Part shown: one piece after another, positions 1-11,773 of the stretch
How the letters are laid out: each line of letters opens with the position of its first letter
Position numbering within the stretch: the first letter of the stretch is position 1
Source of the DNA: Camelus ferus
Taxonomy: Eukaryota
NCBI RefSeq assembly: GCF_009834535.1
Contig: NC_045697.1
Span: forward strand, 808,001 to 872,000
Direction: 5' to 3'
Length of the DNA: 64,000 nt
Position numbers and translations under genes: made by a program
The notes under the pieces: model-generated
What the model saw: the letters and a program-made list of their open reading frames with translations, nothing else
What the model was told of the DNA's origin: nothing
Database searches by the model: none

Positions 1-394
1 CCAGAGAGAGACAGAGGCCAGTGGCCGGCCAGCAGCAGGGTCCCCGGCCCTGTCTGGCCTCACACGGTGCTCGGGGCACATTTTCTCCCCCTGGCATATT
101 GTGTAAGACTTGCCCACAGTGGTCCGGAGCAGGTGTGGTCTCTGCGGGAAGATGGCCGCTGCTCAGTGGCTGCAGGCCCACCGCTGGGCCCTGACCTCTG
201 GCGCCAGTTTCTGGCACTGCTTCCCTGGGAACCTGCTCGCTCGCCAGGCTTGCTGACGACGCCCTCACTCTCTGCAACCTCCGCGGAGTCCGCGGTGTTG
301 GGCCCTGCCTGCTCCCTCTGGCTCCTCCCTCGGGCTGCGTCAGCTCCGCTCATTCATGCTCCTGTTTTGTTCTTTCCTTCTTCTTTGGCTTTAT

Positions 395-833
395 TCTTTT
401 TTTTAACCATTGTTAACTTATGTATTTATTTTACAATATAATTTTCAAACTGAAGTGTGGTTGATGTACAATATTCTATGTTACAGGCATACTGCCTAGC
501 GACTCACAGATTTTTAAAGGCTATACTCCATTTATACCGACTACGCCCTGTTGGCCGTATTCCCCACGTTGTGCGTACACCCTGGCAGCTTATTTCACAC
601 CTGGTAGTTTGTGCCTCTTAGTGCTCCGCCTCCATCTTGCCCCTCCCCCTCCCTCTCCCCACTGGGCACCACTCGCTCCTTCTCTGCATCTGTGAGTCCG
701 TTTCTCTTCTGTTATGTTCACTGGTTTGTTGTATTTTTTTAGACTCCACATGTAAGTGATATCTAACAGTGTTTGTCTTTCTCTGTCTGACTTATTTCAC
801 TAAGCATAATGCCCTCCAGGTCCATCCATGCTG
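395..833 (-). mobile_element. LINE-1 3' end (end of ORF2 plus 3'UTR and A-rich tail), antisense
   Basis: Reverse complement reads ...catggatggacctggagggcattatgcttagtgaaataagtcagacagagaaagac..., typical L1 ORF2 end/3'UTR; T-rich tail at about 395-445. Confidence 0.85.
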
Positions 834-884
834 TACGTCGTAAGCAAACACAACATTGTAAATCAACTGCACTTCAATTAAAAA

Positions 885-1430
885 GCAAACAAAAAACCAA
901 CCCATTTAAAATATGGGCAGAAGAACTGAACAGACATTTTTCCAAAAGAAGAAATGCAGATGGCCAACGGGAACATGAAAAGTTGCTCAACATCACTTAT
1001 ATCAGAAATTCAAATCAAAATCACAGTGAGACGTCATCTCAAACCTGTCAGAATGGCCATCATCAAAAAGAACACAAATAACAAATGTCGGCCAGGATGT
1101 GGAGAAAAGGGAAGCCTTGTACACTGGTGGTGGGAATGAAAATTGGCGCAGCCACTATGGAAAACAATATGGAGGTTTCTCAAAAAACTAAAAATAGAAC
1201 CACCATATGGCCCAGCAACTCCACTCCTGGGCATATATCCAAGAAAGACAAAAACATTAACTCGGAAAGATACATACACTCTGCTATTAACAACAGCATT
1301 ATTTATAATTACCAGGATATGGAAGCATCCTAAGTGCACATCAGTAGATGATTGGGTAAAGAAGATGTAGCACATATACACAATGGAATATAACTCACCC
1401 ACGAAAAAGAGGATATTTTGCCATCTGCGG
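885..1430 (+). mobile_element. LINE-1 ORF2 C-terminal fragment, degraded
   Basis: ORFs 954-1139 ([39 protein letters not shown]...) and 1143-1370 ([29 protein letters not shown]...) are L1 ORF2p C-terminal sequence with stops and frameshifts. Confidence 0.9.
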
Positions 1431-1499
1431 CCTTCATTCACTTTTTTTTGCACTTCAAAAACCAGAAATTTATAACTGGCATAAACATTTCCATTGCAT

Positions 1500-1660
1500 C
1501 AAAAACAACAAAATGCCTAGAAATAAACTTAACCAAGTAGGTTACCTATACTCTGAAAACTGTAAAACATTGGTGAAGGAAATTGAAGATGATACAAAGA
1601 AATGGGAAGACATCTTGTGCTCTTGGATTGGAAGAACCAACATTAGCAAAATTGCCATTG
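1500..1660 (+). mobile_element. LINE-1 ORF2 fragment
   Basis: YLYSENCKTLVKEIEDDTKKWEDILCSWIGRTNISK resembles the L1 ORF2p post-RT region. Confidence 0.8.
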
Positions 1661-1764
1661 GCTTTATTCTTTCATTCCCCGAATTCGGTGGTCAGAAAAC
1701 AACCCCTGAAATGTGACTGCTGGGAGCACAGGATGGATTTAACCCTTCTGGGGGAAGGACAATA

Positions 1765-1846
1765 TTCAACAGAGACCATCTGTGGCCCTCAAAATCCAAA
1801 ATGTTTACTATCTGGCTGTTGCAAGAGGAAGTTTGCTGACCTTTGT
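1765..1846 (+). mobile_element. MER58-like hAT DNA transposon end
   Basis: cagagaccatctgtggccctcaaaatccaaaatgtttactatctggc...gtttgctgacctttg resembles the recalled MER58 terminus. Confidence 0.6.
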
Positions 1847-2035
1847 TGAATTTCTTAAATTATATGCTCAGCTCATTAATTTTCACTTTTTTCCTAACAT
1901 AATCACACAGGGGTATAAATTCCCCCCCCCCCCAGTCACAGCCTCAGATGTATTCGGCAAGTTTAATTTGAAGCATTTTCATTGTCACTCTGTTCTAAGT
2001 ATTTTCTAACTTGTGATTTCTTCTTTGACCGTGAG

Positions 2036-2134
2036 TTGTTTGTTTGTTTGTTTGTTTTAGTGGAGGTACTGGGAATCAAACCCAGGGCCTCCGCATGCTA
2101 AGCGTGAGCTCTACCACTGAGCTGCACCCTCCCC
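2036..2134 (-). mobile_element. tRNA-derived SINE (camelid Vic-1-like) with (AAAC)n tail
   Basis: Minus strand ggggagggtgcagctcagtggtagagc...ctgggtttgattcccagtacctccactaaaacaaacaaac has Pol III A and B boxes plus a simple-repeat tail. Confidence 0.8.
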
Positions 2135-5100
2135 TGCACCCCCACACCCCCACATAAAGTGTATTTTTGAAATTTCTAAACATACGAGGCTTTGTGTGCT
2201 TCCTTTTTGTTTCCGAGTTGTGTTAAGAAAATATGATCCATATGATATAAATTCCTTGAAATCAATTGACATTCTCTTTCTGGCCCATTAATGGTTGATT
2301 TTGTACTGGGAATTAGTGCAATTTCCCAATTGTCAGGAGCTGCATTTCACAGACGTCCGTTAGCTGGAGCTCACTAACCAGAGCGATCAAATCTTCTATA
2401 TCCATATTGCGTTCTTTTGAACAATTAACTACTATGGGAGGATTAGCAAAAAATCTCCAAGGATGGTGGGTCAGTGAATTTCCGCTTGTAATTTTGTCAG
2501 TTTTTGCTGCAGCAAGTGACTGGGAAGTTACACATGTGGCTTTCCCACCCACTCACAGAAGAGCTTAGCCCATTTTTCCCATTATGCTTCCTGGTACGTT
2601 ATTTTGACCCCCTCCCCTCTCACTCTTGACCCTCGAGCCCCACCCCCAGGCTGCTCCTGCCTCAGGGCCTTTGCACTGGCTGTTTCTACAGCATGAACAT
2701 TTTGCCCGGACGCCCTCCCTCTCTCACCTCCTCAAGCCTACAGCAGGGCCCAGCACCCAGGAATCGGTCAGTCAACAGCTACTGAACGAGCAGGTGCATG
2801 GCTTCCTGAGACCCAGTTTCTGGCTTTTCTACAGAGGGATCTGTGTCTGCCAGGCTTGCACCAGGAGTCAGGAGGTCACAAGGACGAGACTCCTGCCCAC
2901 AGGTTCAGGGTCCTCCAGGCAGTCCCCCTCCACCCAGAGGCCAGACAGGCAAGGGAGGCCCAGGAAGAGGGGCTAATTCATGCTTTCACTGAAGATGAGG
3001 TCTCCGACCCGTCCACTGGGCGGGGTCCACTGGGCGGGGTGGCAGCAGTACAGGGCTGCCGCTGCCCTTGGTCACTTGGCTCCCGCCTGGAGGGAAGCGG
3101 GCGGTCTGTGTGGTCCAAGCACTGGCACTCGGGCAGAGGAGGCCAGAGAGAACTCAGGATGAGGAGGGAGATGGTGGGAGCGGGGGGGCTATCTCCTATC
3201 ACTGGCTTCAGCATTGCCTTTGGTGGCCCAGGGCCCAGGCCACCCCCATCCCTTCCCTGAAGCCACCTGGCGGAGGGAACAGCAGGTGCACGATTAGTCA
3301 GGACAGAAGCCAGAGAAGGCCCAGCGCACAGGGCAGCAGAGAGAGGCAGCCAGCACGGTGGCAGGGGTCCCGGGTCCATCCCTGAGGGGCTGCCTTCCAG
3401 GCCTGGTCTGCAGAGGCCCCTTGACAGTTCTAGACAGTGGGGGACAGAGGGGACCAGCATAGGTAGGGAGCAGGTACTACAGGGTTGGCCCAGGCAGCCC
3501 AGGGTAGGGCCAGTCCTGGAGGATGGGGGTCTCTGGGGGAGGATGAGGGGGGTGTAGTGGATGCTGGCTAGGACAAGGGGTGCTGTGGGCAAGTGGAGGG
3601 GGCTGCCGTCCAGCCTCCTCCCGGCCTCAGCCCCCTCCCCCTCAGGAGCACTCTGGAGACCCTGCCCTGGGGACCTGAAGTGTGGGACACCTGAGGAGAG
3701 GGGGCAGGGTCCAGGGGAGAGGAGGCCTCAAGGCAGCCCTGAGGGGAGCAGCCCGGGCCGCCTGGAGCCCGAGGGGCAGCTGTCTCGGGAGGGACCCCAC
3801 CCACTCCCCAAGGCCGACGTGCCAGCCCTCCAGCACTTCTGCCTGGCCAGGTCTGCTCCAACGCGGAGGACCCTGCAGGGGACTGGCGCTGAGAAGATGC
3901 CTAGGGATGGAGCCCCAGGCCCCCTCGCAGACCCTGCCCAGTCCCACCCACACACCCACCACCCCAGAGGGCCCTGGGGTCGCCTGCCTTCCCCCAGTTC
4001 AGGGGGAAGGGCTTCCACCAACACCTGGCCCACCCAGCGCTAGAGCAGCCCCCAGGCGCCCACACCACGTGGCCGCAGTGAAAGGGCTCCGGGAGCCGCC
4101 TCCCGCCTGCGTGCTCAGCCCCGGCCCGGGGCGAGGCTCACCCCAGGCAGCCATGTGGCCACGGCTGGGGAAGGCAGACTCGACTGCACCTGTCCAGGGT
4201 TAGGTGAGTGACGCGGGGACCCGGCCCAAGTTGGGCACCCAAGTCTCAGGGGATGGAAAGCCCTGGGCCTGCCTTGGGGGCAGCCAGTACCGGGGTGAGC
4301 AGGTTACGGGGACTTACCTCGGAGAACCAAGGAGACAGGGAGCTGCAGTTCTCACCTGGGCTCCCAAAATGCCCCTCCGAGGCCACTCAGACCTGTAGGG
4401 CCGACTCCAAGTGGCCTGGAGCGAACCACCCCCTCACCGGCCCAGCTGGACAGGGACTTGAGGAGCCCACCCCTCCCCACCTCCCCTGCCCTCTGCGTCC
4501 CCCGTGTCCTGCCACAGACCACTCAGGCCAGGGTCTCTGTCCATCCCCCGCCTAGAAGCCACCCCCGGAGGGCCCTCCAGCCAGCCCCACGCCACTACCA
4601 CGATGACCTCCAAGGCCCCGTCCCACCCCCTGGGGCTGTGCAGGCCGTCCTGTCCGAGGGGCCCTGCCTCCGTGTGCTTTGTGGCTCCCCACCCCACAGC
4701 CCAGAGCAAACCACGGGGCGCTGACTGCTGACTCACACAGGTAACCACTCGGAGTCTGTCTCCAGAAGTTCAACCCCAAACATAACTTCCCAGTGTAGAC
4801 CCTGGCAGTAGTGTTAGGAGTTCAGCACAGGGGACGCAGGGTCCCAAACCCCCAGCCCCCAGGGAAGGCTGTCTGCAAGGGCTCCCAGGCTCCCTCGGGG
4901 CCCCACCACCACGCGTGGCTAGGTGGTGGCTCTGGGAAGGCAAGTGACACTTTCAGGTGCTAGGCTCCTTTGCATCTCAGGTGGCCCCGCTGGCTCCTGC
5001 TCCACATGAGACTTGCTCTGGGCTGAAGGGTCCCACAGCCCGGGGCATCAGCAGAGCCGGCTCTCCCCAGACACCACCTGGAAGGCCCCTGGGCTCACGT

Positions 5101-5979
5101 TGGCACCACGGAGGGGCCTGGCTCCCAGTCCCGGAGCACCCGGCTCTGCTGCACCTTACTTTTGATCTTCCCTCTTTCAACCAAACCTGGAGACCTTCCA
5201 AAACCCCACTGTCCAGGCAACATCCCAGATGGGCCCCGCCACGGTGGCGGGGAGCCTCTGAGTGGTCTGTTCCAGCGCCGGGCAAGAGGCCCTTTCTGCA
5301 CCCGTCTGTTGCACAGACGTCAATCCCCTGCTTCCTCAAAAGGACCAGGAGTTCAGGACGGCCTGAACCACGCACTCTGACGAGAGCCACAGCTTAGGTT
5401 TTAAAAGAAAGAACACTTTGATGTTAATCGGAAAAGAAACCATCATGGCCACTTCAGTTCTGCAAGTAAATGTGTCAGACGAGGTACCGCTGAATTTTAT
5501 CCGAGCGGCATAAGGTTGGCCAGTGCCCTGCAGGGCGGCCTGACATCTCAGGAGGTGGCCACCTGGCGCTGAGGCAGGAGGTGCGTCGTAAGACCCTGCT
5601 CCTACCTGGCAGGGGAGTGTCGGAGGGAGGGGGCCAACCGAGAAAGAACTCCGCTCCCAGCTCCGCCTGCCTTGGACCCAAGTCCAAACCAGTCAGAAGG
5701 CACTTTCACTAATGACAGGGACCTACGAAAATTTTCTCGGGGAATAAAATCAAGAAAATATCTCCAAGGATTATAAATGTTTTCTTTCACTATCATAAAC
5801 GCCTTCTTAAACCTTAGATCAATGTCTTTGGTAGAAATCTTACGATGTTATGAAATTAGGAATGAAAAAAAGGAGACCCTACGTTCTGTCCTCTGCAGGG
5901 CCGAGGCTCAACCAAGCTGCTCCCACAACTCAGGAGATAAAAGTTAGAAGCAAAAGCCATATGTGCAAAGCAAATGCCT

Positions 5980-5985
5980 TTTATT
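5980..5985 (-). terminator. FAM53A: FAM53A polyadenylation signal AATAAA
   Basis: tttatt on +, about 440 nt after the stop codon, followed on - by GT/T-rich sequence. Confidence 0.7.
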
Positions 5986-6426
5986 GAAGTGACAGAGTGG
6001 GGTGGCCAGGGCCACCACCCTCAAGGCCTGTCCCAAGTCCTCAGCACAGAGAGCACTGACCCCGGCCGGCAGCCCGCGCCGCAGCCCTGCTCCTTACAGC
6101 AGGAGGAGCGGGCAGTGTAGGCCAGGGGTTCAGCACGCGGGGGACAGGTTTCCCACGGCTACACCACACACAGGCACTTCACAGCAGGCAGTTTACAAAA
6201 GGAACACAACCCCAGGCTGGGGTCTGCACGCAGACTCCAGTTAACAGAATGCCCTTTCGAAAATTCTTGTCAAAATAGAGACGCTTTCTCAGAACTGTAA
6301 AAGCCATAAAAATGCAAAATACTTCTTTAGGAGAGACTGCATCAAAGTGACACCTCGTGTCCGAAAAGCACGTTCATGGGGAAGAAACGGAGCGCCAGCC
6401 CCCACACCACTCCCCCTGCCCGACGC

Positions 6427-6705
6427 TCAGTTATTCTCGATCTGCTCCAGGTCCAGCTCACGGCTGCGGTCCAGAGGGAAGGCACCCTCCTCCCCAGCAC
6501 TGTCCCAGTCACTAGGGTCCCCACCACTCCAGCCCTCACCCTCGGCGGCCACCCACTCCGGTGAGGCCCTCGGGCTAAGGCCGGCGGGCCGGGGCTGCAG
6601 GCCGTGGGGGTCACGTGGGGAGGACACGGCCGTCTTCACTCGGGCGTCATCCTCGTCCTCGTCTTCGTAATCAAGGGAGCAAAGGCTTTTTGAATTTTTT
6701 AAAGT
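6427..6705 (-). CDS. FAM53A: FAM53A last coding exon (TLKNSKSLCSLDYED...ELDLEQIENN*)
   Basis: Acceptor tcttttctgttgcag|ACT, phase 0; FAM53-family C-terminus ELDLEQIENN; TGA at 6427-6429. Confidence 0.95.
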   Translation of the reverse strand, partial: TLKNSKSLCSLDYEDEDEDDARVKTAVSSPRDPHGLQPRPAGLSPRASPEWVAAEGEGWSGGDPSDWDSAGEEGAFPLDRSRELDLEQIENN

Positions 6706-7899
6706 CTGCAACAGAAAAGACACAGGCTTAAAGCACCTCCAGGAGGCCACAGGGGAGGCAGCATCCCAACGACCCTGAGAGGGGTCCCCAAGTTCACACA
6801 AGGCGTCCTCGGTCCCCTGGGTGTCAGCCGCACTCCCTCCCTCCCTGGGGGCTGCCTTCTCAGGGTCCCGCCCACCCCCATCCCCGCCTTGCCGGGTGGC
6901 TGGCCAGGCCTGCACTGTCCACTGCCTCATTCGGACCCAGGGCACCAGGGGGTGGGGGCCTGACACCCAGCGCAGCCCCAGATGCCAGGGACTCAAGTGT
7001 GGAGCTGTACCCACAAGCCCAGCAAGTACTCAGGGGAGGACTGGCCAGAGGCCCCCGGACCACGCCCAGTGTGGCCCCCACTTAGCAAACCACGCAACAC
7101 CCACCTCCAAGGCCTCAGGTGGAACCCTGCAGGGCCCCCAAGCCCCTCCAGGCCAGTCCCCCTCTCTGGGCTCCCAGCCTCCCCAGGCAGGGTAGGAAGA
7201 GGCTTCTCTGCAGAACTGGCCCCCAAAGGAAACGCCAAGAGACACAGACTCAGGGGCCCCAGGCCCCCACGAAAAGCTCACGGCCGAAGAGCGACAGTGA
7301 AGGGCACGGGGGCTGACTGGCACTTTGGTCCTGTCAGGAACCCCAGCAGACACCCCCATGCTGCTGAACACCTGGGGAGCCCCTCTTGTGCGAGAGCGGC
7401 AGGGTAAACCCAAAGAGGAGATCTGAAGGAAACACGCGACACGGGAAGAAAAAACATCCTGAAAACCAAGTCACCAACGTCCAGAGGTAAGATCCTCACC
7501 CTGAATGAGAGGAAGGGACACAGGAAGAAAGAAAGTCAGGGACCCCATCTGGAGGCTGAGGCTCCCAGAGGTGGACTGAAGAAAACAGGGAGAGGCCGAG
7601 GGGGCTGCGCACCTGCCCCGAAGCCACCTCCCAAGCGACGCGAGAACCCGCGGGCCCGACAGACCCCTGGGGACCCGGCACGACCGACAAAAATGCACGC
7701 AAAGTCTGCCATCACGAGGCACCAGAACCTGCAGGACAGAGAGGGGCTGGGAACAAAGGACCAGGCGGACACGCAGGGGCCTGGAAGCCAGGGCCAGCAT
7801 CTGTGAGCCCGGAGAGGCTGGGCCCCCAGGGCCAGCTCCCGACTCAGGCGGCAGGAGGGAACAAACACGCTCAGGGACACGCGAGGCCTCCGAATCCAC

Positions 7900-8740
7900 A
7901 TCCTCACTTCCCTTCTCAAGAAGCCATCCTCTGAATGAGACGGTGACCAGGAAGTTGGCTGCCTGGGCCTTGGGGACTGGTGCGGCCAGCACAAGTCCAC
8001 ACCGCCTCAAGGCTCCCCTCCCACCCCGCAGCAGCCCCACATGGTCACAGCCTCCCTCAGGCCCAGGACAAGGGGTCAGGCCACTTCTGGGCCTGTGGGA
8101 CCTGCTCACAGCGCCCTCCCTGCACCCTGCCGCGGGCTGCCCCACAAACAGTGGACAGACGAGCAGGACAAGGGGCCTCCCCTCCACCCACCCGCTCACA
8201 CTCCAGGGACGCCTTAGTCAGTGGTGGCCAACGACCTGATGGACCGCACCCATGTAATGAAGCCTCCATAAAACCCTGTAAATGGCGGGATTCTAGGGTG
8301 CTGGGAGGTGGGGCTGCCTGGAGAAGGCGTGGAAGTTCCGCCCCCTCCCCACGCCCCGCCCTCCGCATCTCTTCCAGCTGGCTGCTCCAGAGTGGTAGCC
8401 TTTAGAGTAAACAGGTGTCAGCAAGGCGGTGCTTTCCCGAGTTCTGTGAGCTGTTACAGCGGATTAGGGAACCCCTGATTTACAGCTGGTCGGCGGGAAG
8501 TGCAGGAGGCCGGGGACTCGGGCCTAGTGCCCAAGGTGAGGCTGTCTGTGGGGCTGAGCCTCACCCTGCAGGGTCTGCACTGACGCCAGGCAGTTAAGTG
8601 TCAGAACTGAATCGAATTGTCGGACACCCAGCTGGTGTCTGCAGAGAACTGGAGACGTGTGTGCGGTGGGGAAAACCCACACGTCAGGTGTGAGAGGTGG
8701 TGTGAGTCAACACAGACCACAGTAGTGTCCCCTGACCCAC
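7900..8740 (+). mobile_element. MER21-like ERV LTR in FAM53A intron
   Basis: gagttctgtgagctg...gtgtcagaactgaatcgaattg...ggacacccagctggtgtc...gtggggaaaacccacac resembles the recalled MER21 consensus; boundaries approximate. Confidence 0.65.
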
Positions 8741-11078
8741 CAAAGAACTGTCACTCAAATGCTCAGTTTCAGGAGGCCGCGAGCTGGGAGCTGGTGAGGG
8801 ACAGAGGGGCTGCCAGCCTGACCGAGGGGCAGGGCTGGAAACTGGCCTCTGCATCCGCCCAGACCTGGTCCCCATCCCCTAGAAAGATGATCAGAACTGA
8901 CAGAAGAAGTTTTTCACAAAAGACTCTTTTAAACAGTCAATTTTGTGATTTGCTCACAAGGTTTCTATCTGCACACATTCGATCATTTCACATCAGGGAT
9001 AAAAAAGACAAGTACAGAGGCCCTGAGAAATACAACGAGCAATTTGTTCCCAAAACTGAAACCTTAAATAAACCATATCCCAGAAATACACAGTTTGAAA
9101 CAAACCGAAACAAAAGGAAACCCTGAACGTGTGGGCTGTTTAAATCCACACACACCCCGGGCCCCGGTGGCTTTTCAGTGGGTTCCACCAAACCTGACAC
9201 GCAAAGGAGCCTGGCGGTGGCCCCTCCGGCCCAGCCCCAGTCTTCAGGTGCCTGCAGCCCGGCTGCCAGCGTGGCTGCCACCTCGCAGTGACCCTCAGCA
9301 GAACCAGCGGGCCTGAGCTGCTCCTGGGGGCCTGACCCTGGGGAACACAGCACAAATGGTGCTGTTTGTCACGTGGCCGCAGATGGCTGACCTACTATCT
9401 CATACTCTCATTCGAGACACCGCTCTGCTGGGGGTCAGGGTGGAATCAGTCAGAGGCGGGTTAGGACGACGTCTTGGTAGCACAGGGGTCATCAGGAGCC
9501 CGGCAGGACGACTGCAGAAGGAAGGAGAGACGCATCAGGACCACCAAGCCTGGGGATCACGTGACAGGTCTGTCCCTTTGGGGAGGCAGGCGTCTCAGTC
9601 CTGCCTGGCCGGGCCCCCAACTCCCGTTTCTAGTTTGAGGGCCAGTGTGACCCCCAAACCTCTTCCTACGTCCCAGCTGCCGGCTCCTCCACGCTCTTCC
9701 CCCAGCCTCTCTGCAGAGCGGCCTCTCCGAGGCAGAAGGTGGTCACGGCCATCGTTGGCCCGGAATTCCACAAGGGCAGAACCGCCCACCCCAGCAGAGG
9801 GCAGGGGACACGAGAACCAGGATCCTGATCCTTGCAGCTGTCCACACAGCACACACACAGTCACACACATACACATACGCCCTATGCAGATACACACTTG
9901 CACACGTGGCAGCTGGGGGCTGCAACCCCCTGGAAGGTACGGCACTCAGAAGCAGCAGCCCCTCGGCCCTCAGCTGCCCCACACCGCATGTGCCTGCATC
10001 ACCCCTGCTGCCCGCTGGGCCCACGGCTCACTCCAGCCCATCACCCTACAACTGCCCCTTCCTGCCCCAGGGGTCGGGACGTCCACTCCAGCAAAGAACC
10101 ACCCAATAGCGAGGCTTCCCCCGGCTCTGTTCCTCCTGCCCACTCTGCAGCCCTCTCCCACAGTCCTGCCCCCTCAGGGCCCACAGACCCTCACCGGGCA
10201 CTGGGAAGTGGGGGGTGCCTGTGGGGCTCATGAACTGCTTTCCTCTGTGCCATCTGGTTTCAGGGACACCCACCTTCAGTGCAAAGCTCAGAACACTTCC
10301 TTCCTAAACCCCAGCTCTGCAGAAGTTTCCCAGCCAGCAAGTCTGGGTGGGCAGCCCTCTCCCAACCACTGGGAAGAATCTTCAGGAAACCCACCAGTCA
10401 AGAAAGGCAAGGCTGATGGTTCTGTCAAGAGCACCGTGCAGCCTGACTCCGTCTGCATGCTGTCTGACGACGGTGACCCCAACCCATCTGCGAGGTCCTG
10501 CTCGCCCTCACCCGCCCCCGACCAGGACCCCCGCGCAGCCACCCCATGCGATGCGGGGAGCACGGGCGTCCATTTCTCACACCCAGGACTTGCTTCCTCA
10601 GCCCACCTCCCCCCAAGAAGGTCCCGCCCTCTCCCTGCAAAACCCAGGGCCGGTACTCGAGAAACCGGCTCTTTCCTCTAAGTCTGCTTTAAACGGCCCA
10701 CTGTCAGCAAACAGCGAGGCACAGAGGCGCAGGCGGTGTCACCCGGACACCAGAATCCTCAACCTGGTCCGCAACCCAAACTCAGAACACCACTTTTCCT
10801 GAGAGGCGTCGGTGGAGGAGAAGCCTGGGGTCAGACGGTGCCCGCTCAGCCTTGGGTACCCGGACGTCTCCTCACGACCCAAACTATCTCCCCCCTGAAA
10901 GGGGCAGTTCAGGCTCCCACTCCCCCCAGGTTTGTGCGGCAAGGGTGCCGGCGCAGAGGACGGGGCGCAACCCCCCGCTGCCACCGCCCACGCGAGCGCA
11001 GAGAGCACGGCCCCCGCCCCGCCCCAGAACCGCCCTGCGGCGGCGGCGGCGGCGCCCAGAGGGCCGAGGAAGCCTCAC

Positions 11079-11773
11079 CCGGGTCATTTTCAGGAAGTCC
11101 AGGGACGGGCGCGGCCAGCGGTCCTCCTCGCGCCTGCGCTTCAGCCGGCTCTTCCCGCCCGCGCGCACGCACGGCTGCGAGCGGCACCGGAGCAGGCCCC
11201 GCCTGCGGCCCAGCTGGGGCGTGGACGTGGGCGAGCTGCCGGCCGAGGGCGGGGCCGCGCCCGCCGCCACCAGGTGCTCCTGCGATAGGGACAGGCGGCG
11301 TCGCGCGGGCAGCGCCCAAGGGCCCGCGGGTCGCCAGGCCGGGCCTAAGCTGCCGTCGCCCAAATCCAAGAAGCCGCTGCTGGCCGAGGCCGGCCGGGGT
11401 GCGGGGGGCGAGGTGGGGCCGGCCGCAGGCAGGGCGTGGCCCGGCGACCAGGCGCTCCGGGATGGGCCGGCGCTAGGGCTGCCCTGCAGCGTGGCGCTCC
11501 CGCCGCTGTGGCACCGCCTCTTGGAGACCGGAGTCCAGACCCTGGAGCCGCCCGGGCGCCACGGGGAACGGCAGCGCGCCAGCTCATCCGGCTCCGACAG
11601 GGACCGACAGTGTCGCTTGGTGGGCGGTGCCGAGGGCGGCCCCCCAGGCTCCCTGAGGTCCCGGGCGCTCACGGCGCCCAGGCTGCTGGGCGAGAAGGGG
11701 ACGGTGGGGCCCGCGGCCGCCTGGCTTCCGACGGGCGGTCCTCGGCTGACGACCTTCCAGGGGTGCTTGTCTT
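11079..11773 (-). CDS. FAM53A: FAM53A large coding exon (KDKHPWK...APPTKRHCRSLSEP...LRCRSQPCV...RPSLDFLKMTR)
   Basis: Acceptor tttccccag|AA, donor CGG|gtgagg; 695 nt, phase 1 to 0; conserved FAM53 motifs. Confidence 0.95.

Noticed and set aside
2060..2134. tRNA gene
   Set aside because: It has A/B boxes but a degenerate cloverleaf and a simple-repeat tail, so it is a SINE rather than a tRNA.
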